Assembly: GCA_965219455.1 (NCBI GenBank)
Contig: OZ244744.1
Coordinates: forward strand, 5,312,001 to 5,376,000
DNA length: 64,000 bases
Direction: 5' to 3'
Source: Candidatus Latescibacterota bacterium
GTDB lineage: Bacteria; Latescibacterota; UBA2968; GCA-2709665
A program made the translations under genes and the position numbers. Below, piece by piece: positions 1 to 10,672 of this stretch (positions are counted from its first letter, which is position 1; the number at the start of each line of letters is the position of its first letter). The notes below the pieces were generated by a model. That model made no database searches, was not told where the DNA came from, and saw nothing but the letters and a program-made list of their open reading frames with translations.

Positions 1-798
1 TCGTCCACAAGCGGGCCTACGCCAACCTGGTGCTGAACCACGAACACGTGGCCGAGTTCAACTACCAACCCACGCGCTGTAAACGTGGGTATCGCGTCGT
101 GGTCCTGCGCAAGAACATCAGCAAAATGAAGGGCGACCTTGTCCTGTTCGACGAATGCCGTTATTTCTTCTATATCACGACACGCACGGACGTGACCCCC
201 CAAGAGATCGTCGCCTGCGCCAACCAACGCTGCGATCAGGAGAACGTCATCGAGCAACTCAAAAACGGCGTCAACGCCTTGCGCGTGCCCCTGTATGACC
301 TGGTCAGCAACTGGGCCTATATGGTCATCGCCGCCCTGGCCTGGAACCTCAAATCCTGGTTTGCCATGATGATGCACAGACACCGTGATCGACAGCAGTA
401 CGTCTGCATGGAATTCCGGCGCTTCATCCACAGCATTATCTTGATTCCCTGCCACGTCATCCAACGCGCGCGCACCACCACGTTACGGCTCATCGGCTAT
501 CAACCCACCCTCGATCGCCTCTTCAGCACCTGGCGTATCATTGAACGCACCGGATTTGGATAACACCAATGCAGCACCACCGATGACACACAAACGCGGC
601 GCCATCCCCACACCCCTCAACGGACCGGTGTGTCCACCACGCGTCTCAACGCCACTTCGGATACTCAATTTACCATAGCGACCACGACAAACACGGCCCT
701 AAAAACCATCCAAAACGCCAATTCCATATAAATCGACACCAACGCCTCAACACAAACACAAATCACTGTGGCGCACACGATACTCGCTTATTTTAGGT
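1..798 (+). mobile_element. IS1380-family insertion sequence, right-hand part (runs off window start)
   Basis: Transposase C-terminus at 3-563, a non-coding tail, then a likely terminal sequence ...CTCGCTTATTTTAGG(T) at ~783-798. CTAG follows at 799-802, where the interrupted R-M gene resumes. The exact end is inferred. Confidence 0.7.
3..563 (+). CDS. IS1380-family DDE transposase, C-terminal part (partial)
   Basis: Motifs RYFFYITT...NQRCDQENVIEQLKNG...NWAYMVIAALAWNL match the DDE_Tnp_1_4/IS1380 C-terminus. The frame is open from the window edge. Confidence 0.85.
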   Translation, partial: VHKRAYANLVLNHEHVAEFNYQPTRCKRGYRVVVLRKNISKMKGDLVLFDECRYFFYITTRTDVTPQEIVACANQRCDQENVIEQLKNGVNALRVPLYDLVSNWAYMVIAALAWNLKSWFAMMMHRHRDRQQYVCMEFRRFIHSIILIPCHVIQRARTTTLRLIGYQPTLDRLFSTWRIIERTGFG

Positions 799-2872
799 CT
801 AGTGTGTAGTGGAGTTTTCTGAAACCGTCGCCCGCCCCCTGTGTCTTGAATACGCTCTGAGTGATAACAAACCCAAGGCGTCCCTTCTACTTTAGATAGC
901 TATCGACCGCGGAATATGTGAACAGCATGGAAATGTCTTTCTTGCCCCCACCTAAGCGGCCTTCGGAACCCGACAGCGTGAAAAGACCGTATGTCTGCCA
1001 GAGCGGTTTCATGTCGTCGCGGTACCCTTCGGGCAGATGCTCCCAATTTACCCACGGTGGATTACCAGCCACGTAGTCCACTTTGCCAATGAAGAGAGGG
1101 GCGAAGGCGTTCTTGATGATGCGTGCCCAGATGCCGTTTCTGTTGTCGGCATTAAGCCGTTGGAGGTAGCAATAGAGTTGCTTGTGGAGTCTAGCTTCAG
1201 TCGCGGGTATGGCCTCGGCCTCGCATCGTTCCAGGAATTCTTCGGGCGAGTATCCATTGCCAACGCAAAACTCGAGCGTATCGGCATAGCGACCTAAATG
1301 TATAGGGTTTCCAGTAACTTCAGTCGGAATGTTGAAGTCGCCAGCACTGGTCTTGAGTTGCCGCGCCTTGCCCCAGGCTCCCGTGAATACATCGCCGTAT
1401 TCCGATGGGGTCATGATGGAATCGCACAGATACACCGGCAGTTCGACGTTGGCCGCATGAAGCAATAGCTCGCGAATGGCCATCAGGTAGTTGGTACGGG
1501 CAGCCATGACCGCAAGCGGATTGAGGTCAAAGCCGATGATGTTGCGCAGTATTTTTTGTAACAACTCGTCTTCGCCAAAGCCGCATTCGTGGCGGTGTTC
1601 CTCGTACCACGTCTTGACGCGATTTAGCGCCATTACAAGAAAGGTGCCCGATCCGCAGGCGGGATCAAGAAGCCGCTTGTCCGGGTTGCCATCATAGCCG
1701 AGTTCTTCGAGCACGAGTTCGGCCAGCCAATCGGGAGTGTAGTATTCGCCAAGGTCGTGGCGGACGGATCTGGGGAAGAGTTGCTGGTATAGTTGCTTGA
1801 GCAAGTCGCGTGATTCGGCGGGTTCGACGCTCAGAGTAGTCGGGTCGAATCGGTCGAGTGCTTGCGTCATAGTACGGACGGCGTCTGCGCAATCTTCGTT
1901 CCAGGCGTCGAGATACCAGGAGAAGAGATCGCCTTCGAGAAAGTTGCGAATGCCGATTTGCGACCAGATGCCTCCCTGTTCAAGATTCCGCAATTCGTCC
2001 CGCAGTTTGGCCGAAGTAGGTGCGGAAATGAGTTTTTTGAGGGTTGAGGTCCCAAGTGGCGAAAAGGACGAGACAATTTCGGCGGCCAGAATCTTCATAA
2101 ATATGGCATAGTAAGTATGGACAGCGAAGAGGAGTTCGGCCGGATCAGGGTTGGTCACGTTATAGTGATTGGCCAATTTGTTGACTTTGGCGTTCTAACC
2201 GTGGATGTCGTAACCGCATACCTCGCCGAAGAGAATCTGCCACTGGCGGAAAAATGTGTTAGCCTTCGGGCTCTCGGTTGCGTGGATTGAGGCATGAATG
2301 TGCCGAACGCCATCTTGTGCGCTCTGGCCTTCGGAACCAAAGTAAGCTGCCAAATTTTCGGGCGTTAAGGAAAGTCCTCTTGCGCCTAGCGAGACAATGG
2401 CCCTGAGCAGGCGTTGGACTGTGTACGTCGTGACTGGCTGCGGATCCTCGGTATCGAGCTTGGCACCGCGTTTACGCACAAAGACAATCGTGTCGCCATC
2501 GCAGCCCACGCCAAGGATACGCTCCATACCGACATGCTCTTTTGCCTGAAAGTCCCGGAAACGCTTGTTGAGCTGTTCGACGACGGCCTTTACGCCCGGC
2601 GCGTTCTTGTCTTCTGTAATTCTTCCGGAACCCTTTGGGTCTTTGTATTCGATGACCACACCGCCGTATTTCGAGTCAATACGTCCTCCCGCCAAACCGT
2701 ATTCGTGTTGACCTTTAATGGCCAGCCCCGCTTTCTTGATGAACTCGTCGATAAGCTTATTGCACTCATGCCGAATGTCTTCTTCCGAGTTGGCCCAGAC
2801 AGCAGCACTTCTCATCTGATCGGCCATGATCCTGGCGTGCTCTTCAATTAGCCATTCGAGGTTCGTATTCAT
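799..2872 (-). pseudogene. Fused restriction endonuclease/N6-adenine methyltransferase (type IIG/Eco57I-like), interrupted
   Basis: N-terminal GRIDSKYGGVVIEYK (PD-(D/E)xK-like), MTase motifs DPACGSGTF and NPPW. ORFs 2195-2872 and 887-2176 share one frame, separated only by TAG (2195-2197). After a second TAG (887-889) the frame continues KGRLGFVITQSVFKTQGAGDGFRK up to the IS junction. Confidence 0.85.
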
Positions 2873-3089
2873 TGAGTGTATCGCTTTCTCTGGCGGTTGG
2901 ACTTCCCTAAAGTGTATGCGCGACGGCAGTGTGCCAGCTTGCTTAAACCGCCTCCCGGCCTCGCTATGGCTCGGTCAATACAATCTAAATGGGCTTTCAA
3001 CGAACAGGGAGGACAATCTCGTCGGCAAGGATTGACCTCCCGAAGGTGTTGAAAACGGTGGCAGTACGAGACTGAGAGTTCCACATTGG

Positions 3090-3950
3090 TCAATTCTCAT
3101 TGTATCCATGCTGTCTCGACTGGAGAACATCCTTCCAATGCCCTTCGCGCACTAAAATTAATTCGTCGCTAACTTCCGTTGCCCAATATTCCAAAAGACT
3201 GAATCGAAAATTTCTCTTGGCGTACTCCATTCCGCCATTCTCCTTGAGCAGATTTTTTAGTCCCGCGTTGCCACCATGCCCATCGCCTAATAAGTAGTCG
3301 TTCCATCTTCCCCAAATGCGCCCGTCGCCCGTCGCGGAACCGACGTAATTTTTGCCGTTAGACCTATCTGTGATCGGATAGACCCCCTTCAGATTTTTCA
3401 AAGCGGTTTTCCAATCTGGTTTTTGAATGGTCCATATATGCTCGAGCTCGGAAAACGGGTGGCATATTTTCTCATATCCACAAAATGACTGCCCTGTGTA
3501 GGGTTCGCGCAATATTTCGGCAACAATCAACTTGCAATAGTGGTTTTCGAAGTTCACTCTCGTTGCTCGCTCGCGATACGACGACGATAGTTTAAGACGC
3601 CCAACGAAGGCAGCCCCTTGTTCCGTGAGTTCAACACTAAAACGCTTTGAGTTGTCTCGTTCAACGACACCTAAGACCTCGAACACGCCACCAAATAGCC
3701 ATGTATCGGTTTGATGGTAGAAGTCCATAAGTGAGAAGATGTAACGTCGGTTGAAATCATTCCTTCTTGGCCAGTACTGTTGCCACCCAACCCAGTTTCT
3801 TCTATCCTCTGCAAAGGCCTGAAGGGGCTGCTTGTCACCATTCCATCGCGCGAAGTGCACTTTGTATTCGCAGAAATTTTCGTTCGGCCAGATATGTTTC
3901 AGCATTATCGGTGTTTTGTTCTCCATGTGGCTCTCCCCGTGGGATGACAC
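3090..3950 (-). CDS. GIY-YIG nuclease domain protein
   Basis: C-terminal GVYPITDRSNGKNYVGSA...RW motif and ILVREGHWK; defence-island context. Confidence 0.8.
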   Translation of the reverse strand: MSSHGESHMENKTPIMLKHIWPNENFCEYKVHFARWNGDKQPLQAFAEDRRNWVGWQQYWPRRNDFNRRYIFSLMDFYHQTDTWLFGGVFEVLGVVERDNSKRFSVELTEQGAAFVGRLKLSSSYRERATRVNFENHYCKLIVAEILREPYTGQSFCGYEKICHPFSELEHIWTIQKPDWKTALKNLKGVYPITDRSNGKNYVGSATGDGRIWGRWNDYLLGDGHGGNAGLKNLLKENGGMEYAKRNFRFSLLEYWATEVSDELILVREGHWKDVLQSRQHGYNEN

Positions 3951-5145
3951 AAATTCCTATTTTATATAGGTCAGTCACTTTGCTCTGGACATGACCTTGA
4001 CATCGGAATCGAGATTGAATATAACTCATCACGGACCGTCCACGGTCACTTCCGCCACTCCGATTCGACGTAGTCGAGCTGCCTTAGGGTTTGGCTTGGG
4101 TTTGCCCTCCTTCGGCTTATGGGCGGCACACTATATATCTTTAGTGCGGAGATCTGTTTTAACGGCATAAAGGGCATTCTCAGCTTTCTCTGCCCGCTGC
4201 AAGTATAGGGCCCTGAATGCCGTCGGTCAACGACTGACATTGCACGGCTGACTCATTATCATACGACATCTTCGATGTTATCAGCGGGCTTGTATCCTTC
4301 TCTGGACCGTATGATTCTTTGGATCTCATCCACACAGGAATTCTTGAGATCCAGGATGGGCTGCCGTTGATATGGTTCAGTGTCGATTTCCCGACATTTG
4401 AGCTATCGCGGAAATCGTAACTCCTTGATGGAGTGTTCCGAATTTCGTTTGTTGGTGAGTGATAACCTACAAGGTGGGTTCGGTCAAGAGCCACTGCGGG
4501 ATGCAGGCGGAAATCAGATCACGCCGAAAGCGTTTGGGTGACCTGCTATGGCATTTTGTGGCATGTTTCGTCAAGTGTGGCGCGTTGCAGTTGGAAGTGG
4601 ACATATAGCAATGAGAATCGCGTTTACGCAGACGCTTCAAATTGTTTCGTGAAGGTATTCCGACAAGTCACCAATGATGACGATATTCTCGTCATTATGA
4701 CTGATTCGCCGACCTGCGTGTTCCTTTGGCACGCAGGCAGCCAGGTCACGGCGAGGCCGTTCCGCAGTTACTGATGCATCTCGATATTCTGGCCTGCTAC
4801 AGCAGGCCTCGCGTATCCGACGAGAACCGGTAATCTGAGAACAAATTCGAGCCGCTCAGATACACGCCGCTGCAACCAGCGCGCTTCCAGGGTATCCAGT
4901 ACGCCCGACACAGTGCATAATGGGCTGACACATCAGTTTCAGGTCGCCAGACAACGGACGCTCGACCCTGACTATCACACTCACCCTGGATGATTTGTCG
5001 ATGGAAAACCTCAACCTCCACGCATTCCCGACGAATTGTGGATTATCCGACCTCGGAGCACCAACCAATGACACCATCAGTTAATTCAGTAAATTCCCAC
5101 GAGAGTTGCGATATTTTTATTGACACGTTCCGCCAGTTTCTTGTC

Positions 5146-5862
5146 TCACTTTGATATTGGCAAGTAGTGTGTTGCAAGAGTTGTGTGATCAATCGCAATT
5201 GAGAAAAACACAACGGTGGCAATTAGTGGATATGCCAATACTCCCAGTATCAGAAGTGCAAAAAACGAGCGCCATTTACTCAAATCATTCAACCGTCTAT
5301 AGGCACCCCAAGCCACGAAGCACCATATCGAGACAGCGGCGAAACCAACCAATTGGATAAACAGATAAACCTTAGACACCCAGATATCCGCGTTCGTTGA
5401 ATCGGATATACCCGCCTGTAGTCCAGAGATAATCATTGTATATAAACAAGGTGCGAGTAATTTTAGAAACCCAGTCCCAAGAACTTCAAAGAAGACCAAT
5501 ACAACGCACGATACGCCAAAGAAATATGCGTACGTCACGAAAAAACTACGGACGTCCGCTCGCCCGCCAACCAGACGCCATGCTATACGAAGAGCGATCG
5601 CATATAGAAAAACCGAAAGCAAGCTTGTAACGCCAGTCGCGGCAGCGTGGACCCATAAACTTTTCCCAGCAGGAAGGAGCGGCGCGTGCATAATTGTCAC
5701 CAGCACTAATGAGAATCCCAAGAATGCAAGCGAGCGGGCGAAGGCAGTTTGTTTAGTGGTGTTTTGGCGAGCCATGAATCGTTTGGGACCCGACAGAAGA
5801 GAGCCGAAGTCCCTAATGTACCGAGGTATGTACCTCACAACTGTCCAATTTAGATTTCCCAT
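5146..5862 (-). CDS. Yip1-like multi-pass membrane protein
   Basis: About 5 hydrophobic helices; LLSGPKRF N-terminal segment, AWRLVGGRA and AYRRLNDLSKWRS resemble YIP1-family bacterial proteins. Confidence 0.6.
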   Translation of the reverse strand: MGNLNWTVVRYIPRYIRDFGSLLSGPKRFMARQNTTKQTAFARSLAFLGFSLVLVTIMHAPLLPAGKSLWVHAAATGVTSLLSVFLYAIALRIAWRLVGGRADVRSFFVTYAYFFGVSCVVLVFFEVLGTGFLKLLAPCLYTMIISGLQAGISDSTNADIWVSKVYLFIQLVGFAAVSIWCFVAWGAYRRLNDLSKWRSFFALLILGVLAYPLIATVVFFSIAIDHTTLATHYLPISK

Positions 5863-5943
5863 ATTCTACCCTTTTTTTTGTGATTGTCACTGCGTAAGTC
5901 AGTAAGGACAAAGACCATATAAGAATAGAACCGTCCAATGTGT

Positions 5944-6110
5944 TGGAAGTGGACCCCATGGTCAAGACCAATTAGAGGCGAATTTAAGGTGGATTGAATT
6001 TCTGTTCTGGAGAGGGCTCTCCATTCTGAAGTAAAGATCAGCGTGTAGCCGACTGCACACGGGGTAGTGCGTGCATTCCTCGTTGTAGAAGACGAGGTAG
6101 TCGGACCGTT
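5944..6110 (-). mobile_element. IS3-family remnant (right end plus integrase-core C-terminus fragment)
   Basis: TGGAAGTGGACCCCATGGTCAAGACCA resembles an IS3-family terminal repeat. The adjacent minus-strand DYLVFYNEECTH resembles the Y..FYN..R.H motif of IS3 OrfB. Confidence 0.6.
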
Positions 6111-6462
6111 CCCTCTCGTCTGCCGGATTACATCGGTCTGGTGACACTGGATGGGCGCGGTTAGACTTCATTATGTAGACGATCCTCACCGCGTCAACCC
6201 GGGATACGCATTCGGTTTTCACAATGTCCTCCTTTCGACAATCGTCTGAGAGTCCGCCTTGGACGGCGGCGCGTGGTCCGTTCATTGAGCAAGGACGGCC
6301 GCGAAGCGTTCGTGGGCTCAGGACGATTCCCGAGCAGGCCGCATTTGTGACCGCCGCGAACGGCGAAACGCAAGAACCGGTCAGAATCCAGTGGCGGTAG
6401 CGGGGGAGTTTGGTACGACACGAGATCGAGCAAAGGGTCTACTCCGAGCAATGCGGAAGGCT

Positions 6463-6563
6463 GCCCTGATTTGCATTACGACAAGCGTCCTTATCGTGCT
6501 TAAGAAGACACCGAAAGAAATCCCTAAACCCATCTTCCTGCTCATCCCACGATCCTGAAAATC
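6463..6563 (+). repeat. Diverged third copy of the rpn-downstream repeat (R)
   Basis: GCCCTGAT...ATCGTGCTTAAGAAG...CATCTTCCTGCTCATCCCACGATCCTGAAAATC aligns by eye with ~17127-17232 and ~19329-19435. Confidence 0.75.
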
Positions 6564-7001
6564 AGCAGAGGCTGGGGTTCCGTTCGTCCTGAAAACAAGC
6601 TCGACGAGCTTGCCCTCGCCGCTGGCGCCCTGGCCATCCACTTTCACGGCGCCAATTTCCAGTTGGCCCGGCGTCCGGCTTGAAGACAGGAACAGCGTTT
6701 GCTGTCCGGGAACTGCGTTGAGCAGATTGCCCTCCAACTCCCTGGCTTCCAGGAACGCATACTTCACGGGATCGAATTGAAGCGAAAATCCGTATCCTTT
6801 GAGGTTTTTCGTCTCTGACAACGAGACGTGGAGCTTGAGCACGCCGCTCTCGGCCGCCGGGTCGTTTACGCGCTCGAGGGTGAGCGTTGCGAAGGCGTTC
6901 TGCCCTCCGGTAATCGTCAAACCGCGCGTAAGTTCGCCGGCCGATGCAGCGGCGACCGTTGACAAGACCGCGCACATGGATACGACAAGCCGTTTCAACA
7001 T
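6554..7001 (-). pseudogene. Truncated cohesin-domain partner protein (paralog of 10673-11482, missing the FlgD/sorting C-terminus)
   Basis: Near-identical to the 10673-11482 protein up to ...ADFQ, then the frame runs into repeat R. The ORF extension to 6381 is chimeric. Confidence 0.85.
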
Positions 7002-7181
7002 ATCATCCTCCCTGCGATAAAGTGGACGTGGGCGACAAGGGATGTCGGAGATGAATTCACAGTAAACCGCGTCTTGGTTTACAACTGGCGCCTCGCTATT
7101 TCCAAGACGTGTCGAACGTGAACGTCTTTACAGAAGCGCTGGAGAGGGTGGTCCGTGTAATGGAAATCGCCTGGGTAACGC

Positions 7182-10100
7182 CTATTGTGAACAATTCGGG
7201 CCACCGGTCTCCCTGATCCCCTGCAACCACGTCTGAAAGTCCGAATCGAGCGGCGCACACAGGCCTCCTTCCCCTCCGAAGTGAAATACCTCCAGCTTTG
7301 CAAGCGCCGTCAGGCTTTGAGGAAGCGCACCACTCAGCTGATTGAGGCTAAGCCATAGTTGAGTAAGGTTGGCCAGGTTGCCCAATTCCGAAGGTACCAT
7401 ACCGCTTAACCGATTGCCTGCAAGACTCAGTTCCTCCGTCAGGCTGGTCAGATTGCCCAATTCCGATGGAATCACGCCACTCAATTGATTTCCGCCAAGA
7501 TCTAGGTAAGTGAGACTGGTCAAATTGCCCAATTCTGTCGGGATCACTCCACTCAACCTATTGCTGTCGAGACCCAGAAACTCCAGGTTTGAGAGGTTCC
7601 CCAATTCTACGGGTATCGAACCCCTCAACTCGTTTCCGCTCAGATCCAACTCACTAAGATTGGACAGGTTCCCCAATTTAGCAGGAATCGTGCCACTCAA
7701 CTCATTGAAGTCCAGAGTCAGCTCCTTAAGGTCGGACAGGTTACCGAATTTCTCTGGAATACCACCACTCAGCTGATTGCCGCCAAGCCTCAAGCTCCTG
7801 AGGTCGGTGAGGTCTCCCAGTTCCGGGGGAACCTGACCGCTCAATGCATTGCCGCCAAGCTGCAGCTCCGTAAGATTGGTCAGGTCGCTCAGTTCCACGG
7901 GAATCGTTCCGCTCAACTGATTGGAGGGAAGATGCAGAACTTCAAGCTTGGTCAAATTGCCCAGTTCAGCCGGAAGCTCACCCGTCAAGTTATGGTTTCT
8001 CAGGTCAAGGTCTGTAACCCAACCGTTAGAAACGCCAACGCCATGCCAAGTGGAAATGTCATTGTCTGACAGCCAGTTGGTGTTGTTCGTCCAATTGTCT
8101 CCATCCGTCGCATTGTACAGCGCCACCAACGCCTCGCGCTGGGACTCCAGGGCGCAGGTCGGGCCGTTGGACTCTTTGATGCCCCGCAGCCATCGTTGAA
8201 AGGCTTCATCAGCCGGCGCGCACAAACCTGTGCCCTCAAAGAGGAATTTCTCCAGATTTGTCAGCCCTGTCAGGCTTTGAGGCAGCGTGCCCGCTAACGA
8301 CGCGCTGTACTGGAACTCCAATATCCTGAGGTTCGTCAGGTTACCCAGTTCCACGGGAATCGCACCGTTCAGCTGTGTACTCCAGAGTTTCAGTTCTGTG
8401 AGTTTGGACAAGCTCCCCAGTTCCACGGGAATGGCGCCACTCAACGGATTGCCGCCAAGTACCAGTACGCTGAGGCTGTCCAGGCCGCCCAGTTCCACAG
8501 GGATCGGACCGGTCAATTGATTGTCGTAAAGACCCAGCCGTGTGAGGTTGGATAAGCTGCTTAATTCCACGGGAATCGAACCGGTCAACTGATTGTCGCC
8601 AAGATTCAGGAAAGTGAGGTTGGATAAGCTGCTTAATTCCACGGGAATCGAACCACTCAACTGATTCCCAATTAGATACAGCAGTTCCAGGTTTTCCAGG
8701 TTGCTCAATTCGGATGGAATTGGTCCACCCAACTGATTCCCAATTAGATACATCCGTTCCAGGTTGGACAGGTTGCCCAATTCGGATGGAATTGGGCCAC
8801 TCAACTGGTTACCGTGAAGATACAGCTGCTCCAGGTTTTCCAGGTTACCCAATTCGGGTGGAATTGGGCCACTCAACTGATTCCCAATTAGATACATCCG
8901 TTCCAGGTTGGACAGGTTGCCCAATTCGGGTGGAATTGGACCGCTCAATTGCGTCTGGCTAAGAGTCAGATGCTCCAGGTTGGCCAGGTTGGACACTACG
9001 GACGGTATCGAGCCGCTAAACCCTTTTCCACCAAGTGAAAGGCGCTTCAACTTGGTCAGGTTGAACAATTCGGATGGTAGCGAGCCAACCGATTGAATCC
9101 CCGAGAGTATCAAAGTCTCCAGATTGATCAGGTTGAACAATTCGGATGGTATCGGGCCAACCAACTGTTCCGAGCTAAGAAACAGCGTCTCCAGGTTGGT
9201 CAGGTTGCCCAATTCCGGGGGTATCACGCCACTTAACTGATTCTGATCGAGGCTAAGATAAATCAGGTTGGATAGTTTGGCCAACTCGACGGGAATCGGC
9301 CCGCTCAACCCATTCCAGGCGAGGTTGAGAATCGTAAGGGAAGACAGATTACCCAGCTCCACGGGTATCGGCCCCGTCAACGCATTACCGTTGAGTTTCA
9401 GGCTGTCGAGGCTTGCCAGGCTGCTCAACTCCGGAGGGATCGGGCCGGTGAGATTGTTCCGGGACAGGCTCAAGCCCGTGACGCGACCGTTCCCCACTGT
9501 TACGCCGTGCCACGTATCGAGCGGGTTGTCCGTCAGCCAGTTGGTCTGGATCGTCCAGTTGTCCCCGCCGGTTGCGTTGTAAAGCGCCACCAGCACGTCG
9601 CGGTCCGGCGCCGTGGGGGTAGGCGGCGCCACTTCTTGTCCATATAGCCCCGCAAACGCCAGAAAATCCGAAAATCCTACGGCCCCGTCTCCGTCCAGGT
9701 CAAATCGCGCGTCGTAAGTCCCATCACCCTCTTGCGACCCATAGTTGCCCGCGAATTGCACAAAGTCAGTAAACCCAACCGTACCATCGCCGTCGAAATC
9801 CGGCGAAGGACCGGCCGGAAGGGGTCGCAGAACGACATTGATATTCGGCATCAAGGTTTCCTGTTGGCCGCCCCTGCCCAGCGTGGCTTCCACGAAACGG
9901 ATCGTCGTGCCCGTGAACGTGGCTGACGTGCGAAACCGGACCGTGCCGACGAGACCAGCCGTCGCTGCAGCCCGGCCGCCCATCGACGCGACGCCCAGGG
10001 TGACTGACGTCGGGTTCGTCCCGGTCTCCACAAGCACCTGGGCATTGGGAAACAGGTCGCCCGGGTCGGTACCGTCGTAGACGACCTGACCCGCATCGTA

Positions 10101-10370
10101 TACCAAACGAATGGACACGCCCTGCGCCTGGCTCACGTCGCTCGCGTAAACCTGGATGGAAACCGTCGCGTCAGGGGATACCTCCACTGTCATGACCCCC
10201 TGGTCGCCGGCGGCGCCATCCACGTCCGCGGACAGTGAAAAACTGTCCTGTGAAGAAAGAGGCAGCGGGCTAAGCAAAAGGACGATCGACAGGATTGTAA
10301 ACATCGACGTCCGCGCCGCGCCAGGGCGATGGGGCGGCCAACCGGTCAGATGAATTAGTGGTTTGCGCAT
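7182..10370 (-). CDS. Secreted cohesin-like + dockerin/EF-hand + two-block plant-type LRR protein (paralog 1)
   Basis: SD AAAGGAGA before ATG 10370; signal peptide; beta-rich cohesin-like domain; DFDGDGTVGFTDF/DLDGDGAVGFSDF pair; ALYNATGGDNW caps; 17+10 LRRs of ~24 aa (LxxLxLxxNxLSGxIPxELGNL), counted by eye. Confidence 0.9.
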   Translation of the reverse strand: MRKPLIHLTGWPPHRPGAARTSMFTILSIVLLLSPLPLSSQDSFSLSADVDGAAGDQGVMTVEVSPDATVSIQVYASDVSQAQGVSIRLVYDAGQVVYDGTDPGDLFPNAQVLVETGTNPTSVTLGVASMGGRAAATAGLVGTVRFRTSATFTGTTIRFVEATLGRGGQQETLMPNINVVLRPLPAGPSPDFDGDGTVGFTDFVQFAGNYGSQEGDGTYDARFDLDGDGAVGFSDFLAFAGLYGQEVAPPTPTAPDRDVLVALYNATGGDNWTIQTNWLTDNPLDTWHGVTVGNGRVTGLSLSRNNLTGPIPPELSSLASLDSLKLNGNALTGPIPVELGNLSSLTILNLAWNGLSGPIPVELAKLSNLIYLSLDQNQLSGVIPPELGNLTNLETLFLSSEQLVGPIPSELFNLINLETLILSGIQSVGSLPSELFNLTKLKRLSLGGKGFSGSIPSVVSNLANLEHLTLSQTQLSGPIPPELGNLSNLERMYLIGNQLSGPIPPELGNLENLEQLYLHGNQLSGPIPSELGNLSNLERMYLIGNQLGGPIPSELSNLENLELLYLIGNQLSGSIPVELSSLSNLTFLNLGDNQLTGSIPVELSSLSNLTRLGLYDNQLTGPIPVELGGLDSLSVLVLGGNPLSGAIPVELGSLSKLTELKLWSTQLNGAIPVELGNLTNLRILEFQYSASLAGTLPQSLTGLTNLEKFLFEGTGLCAPADEAFQRWLRGIKESNGPTCALESQREALVALYNATDGDNWTNNTNWLSDNDISTWHGVGVSNGWVTDLDLRNHNLTGELPAELGNLTKLEVLHLPSNQLSGTIPVELSDLTNLTELQLGGNALSGQVPPELGDLTDLRSLRLGGNQLSGGIPEKFGNLSDLKELTLDFNELSGTIPAKLGNLSNLSELDLSGNELRGSIPVELGNLSNLEFLGLDSNRLSGVIPTELGNLTSLTYLDLGGNQLSGVIPSELGNLTSLTEELSLAGNRLSGMVPSELGNLANLTQLWLSLNQLSGALPQSLTALAKLEVFHFGGEGGLCAPLDSDFQTWLQGIRETGGPNCSQ

Positions 10371-10672
10371 GATATCTCTCCTTTGTTGCATTTCGCTACA
10401 TATCGTTGCGTTTTGCAACAGTTGTTCCGTCGAGGGTTGTTGTCATTAAAGTCCACGGCGTTACCTTCCGGGAGTCACGGCCGCGGGCACCGGGCGGCGG
10501 CAGTGTTTCGGAGCGAGCAAATGGCACCGGTTCCGGCAAGACCGCGGCCACGGCAGAAGGCAGAAGGACACGTTGCCCCGCCGCTTCCCGCTTGTTGGCA
10601 GGTCAGGCAGCAACAAGGACCTCGACCAGGGGTGTCCGGTACAGCGGTTCGAGGGTAATTATCGGTCCGCGC

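Noticed and set aside
6381-6553. C-terminal extension of ORF 6381-7001 as a membrane anchor
   Set aside because: It is read-through into the reverse strand of repeat R past the deletion junction.
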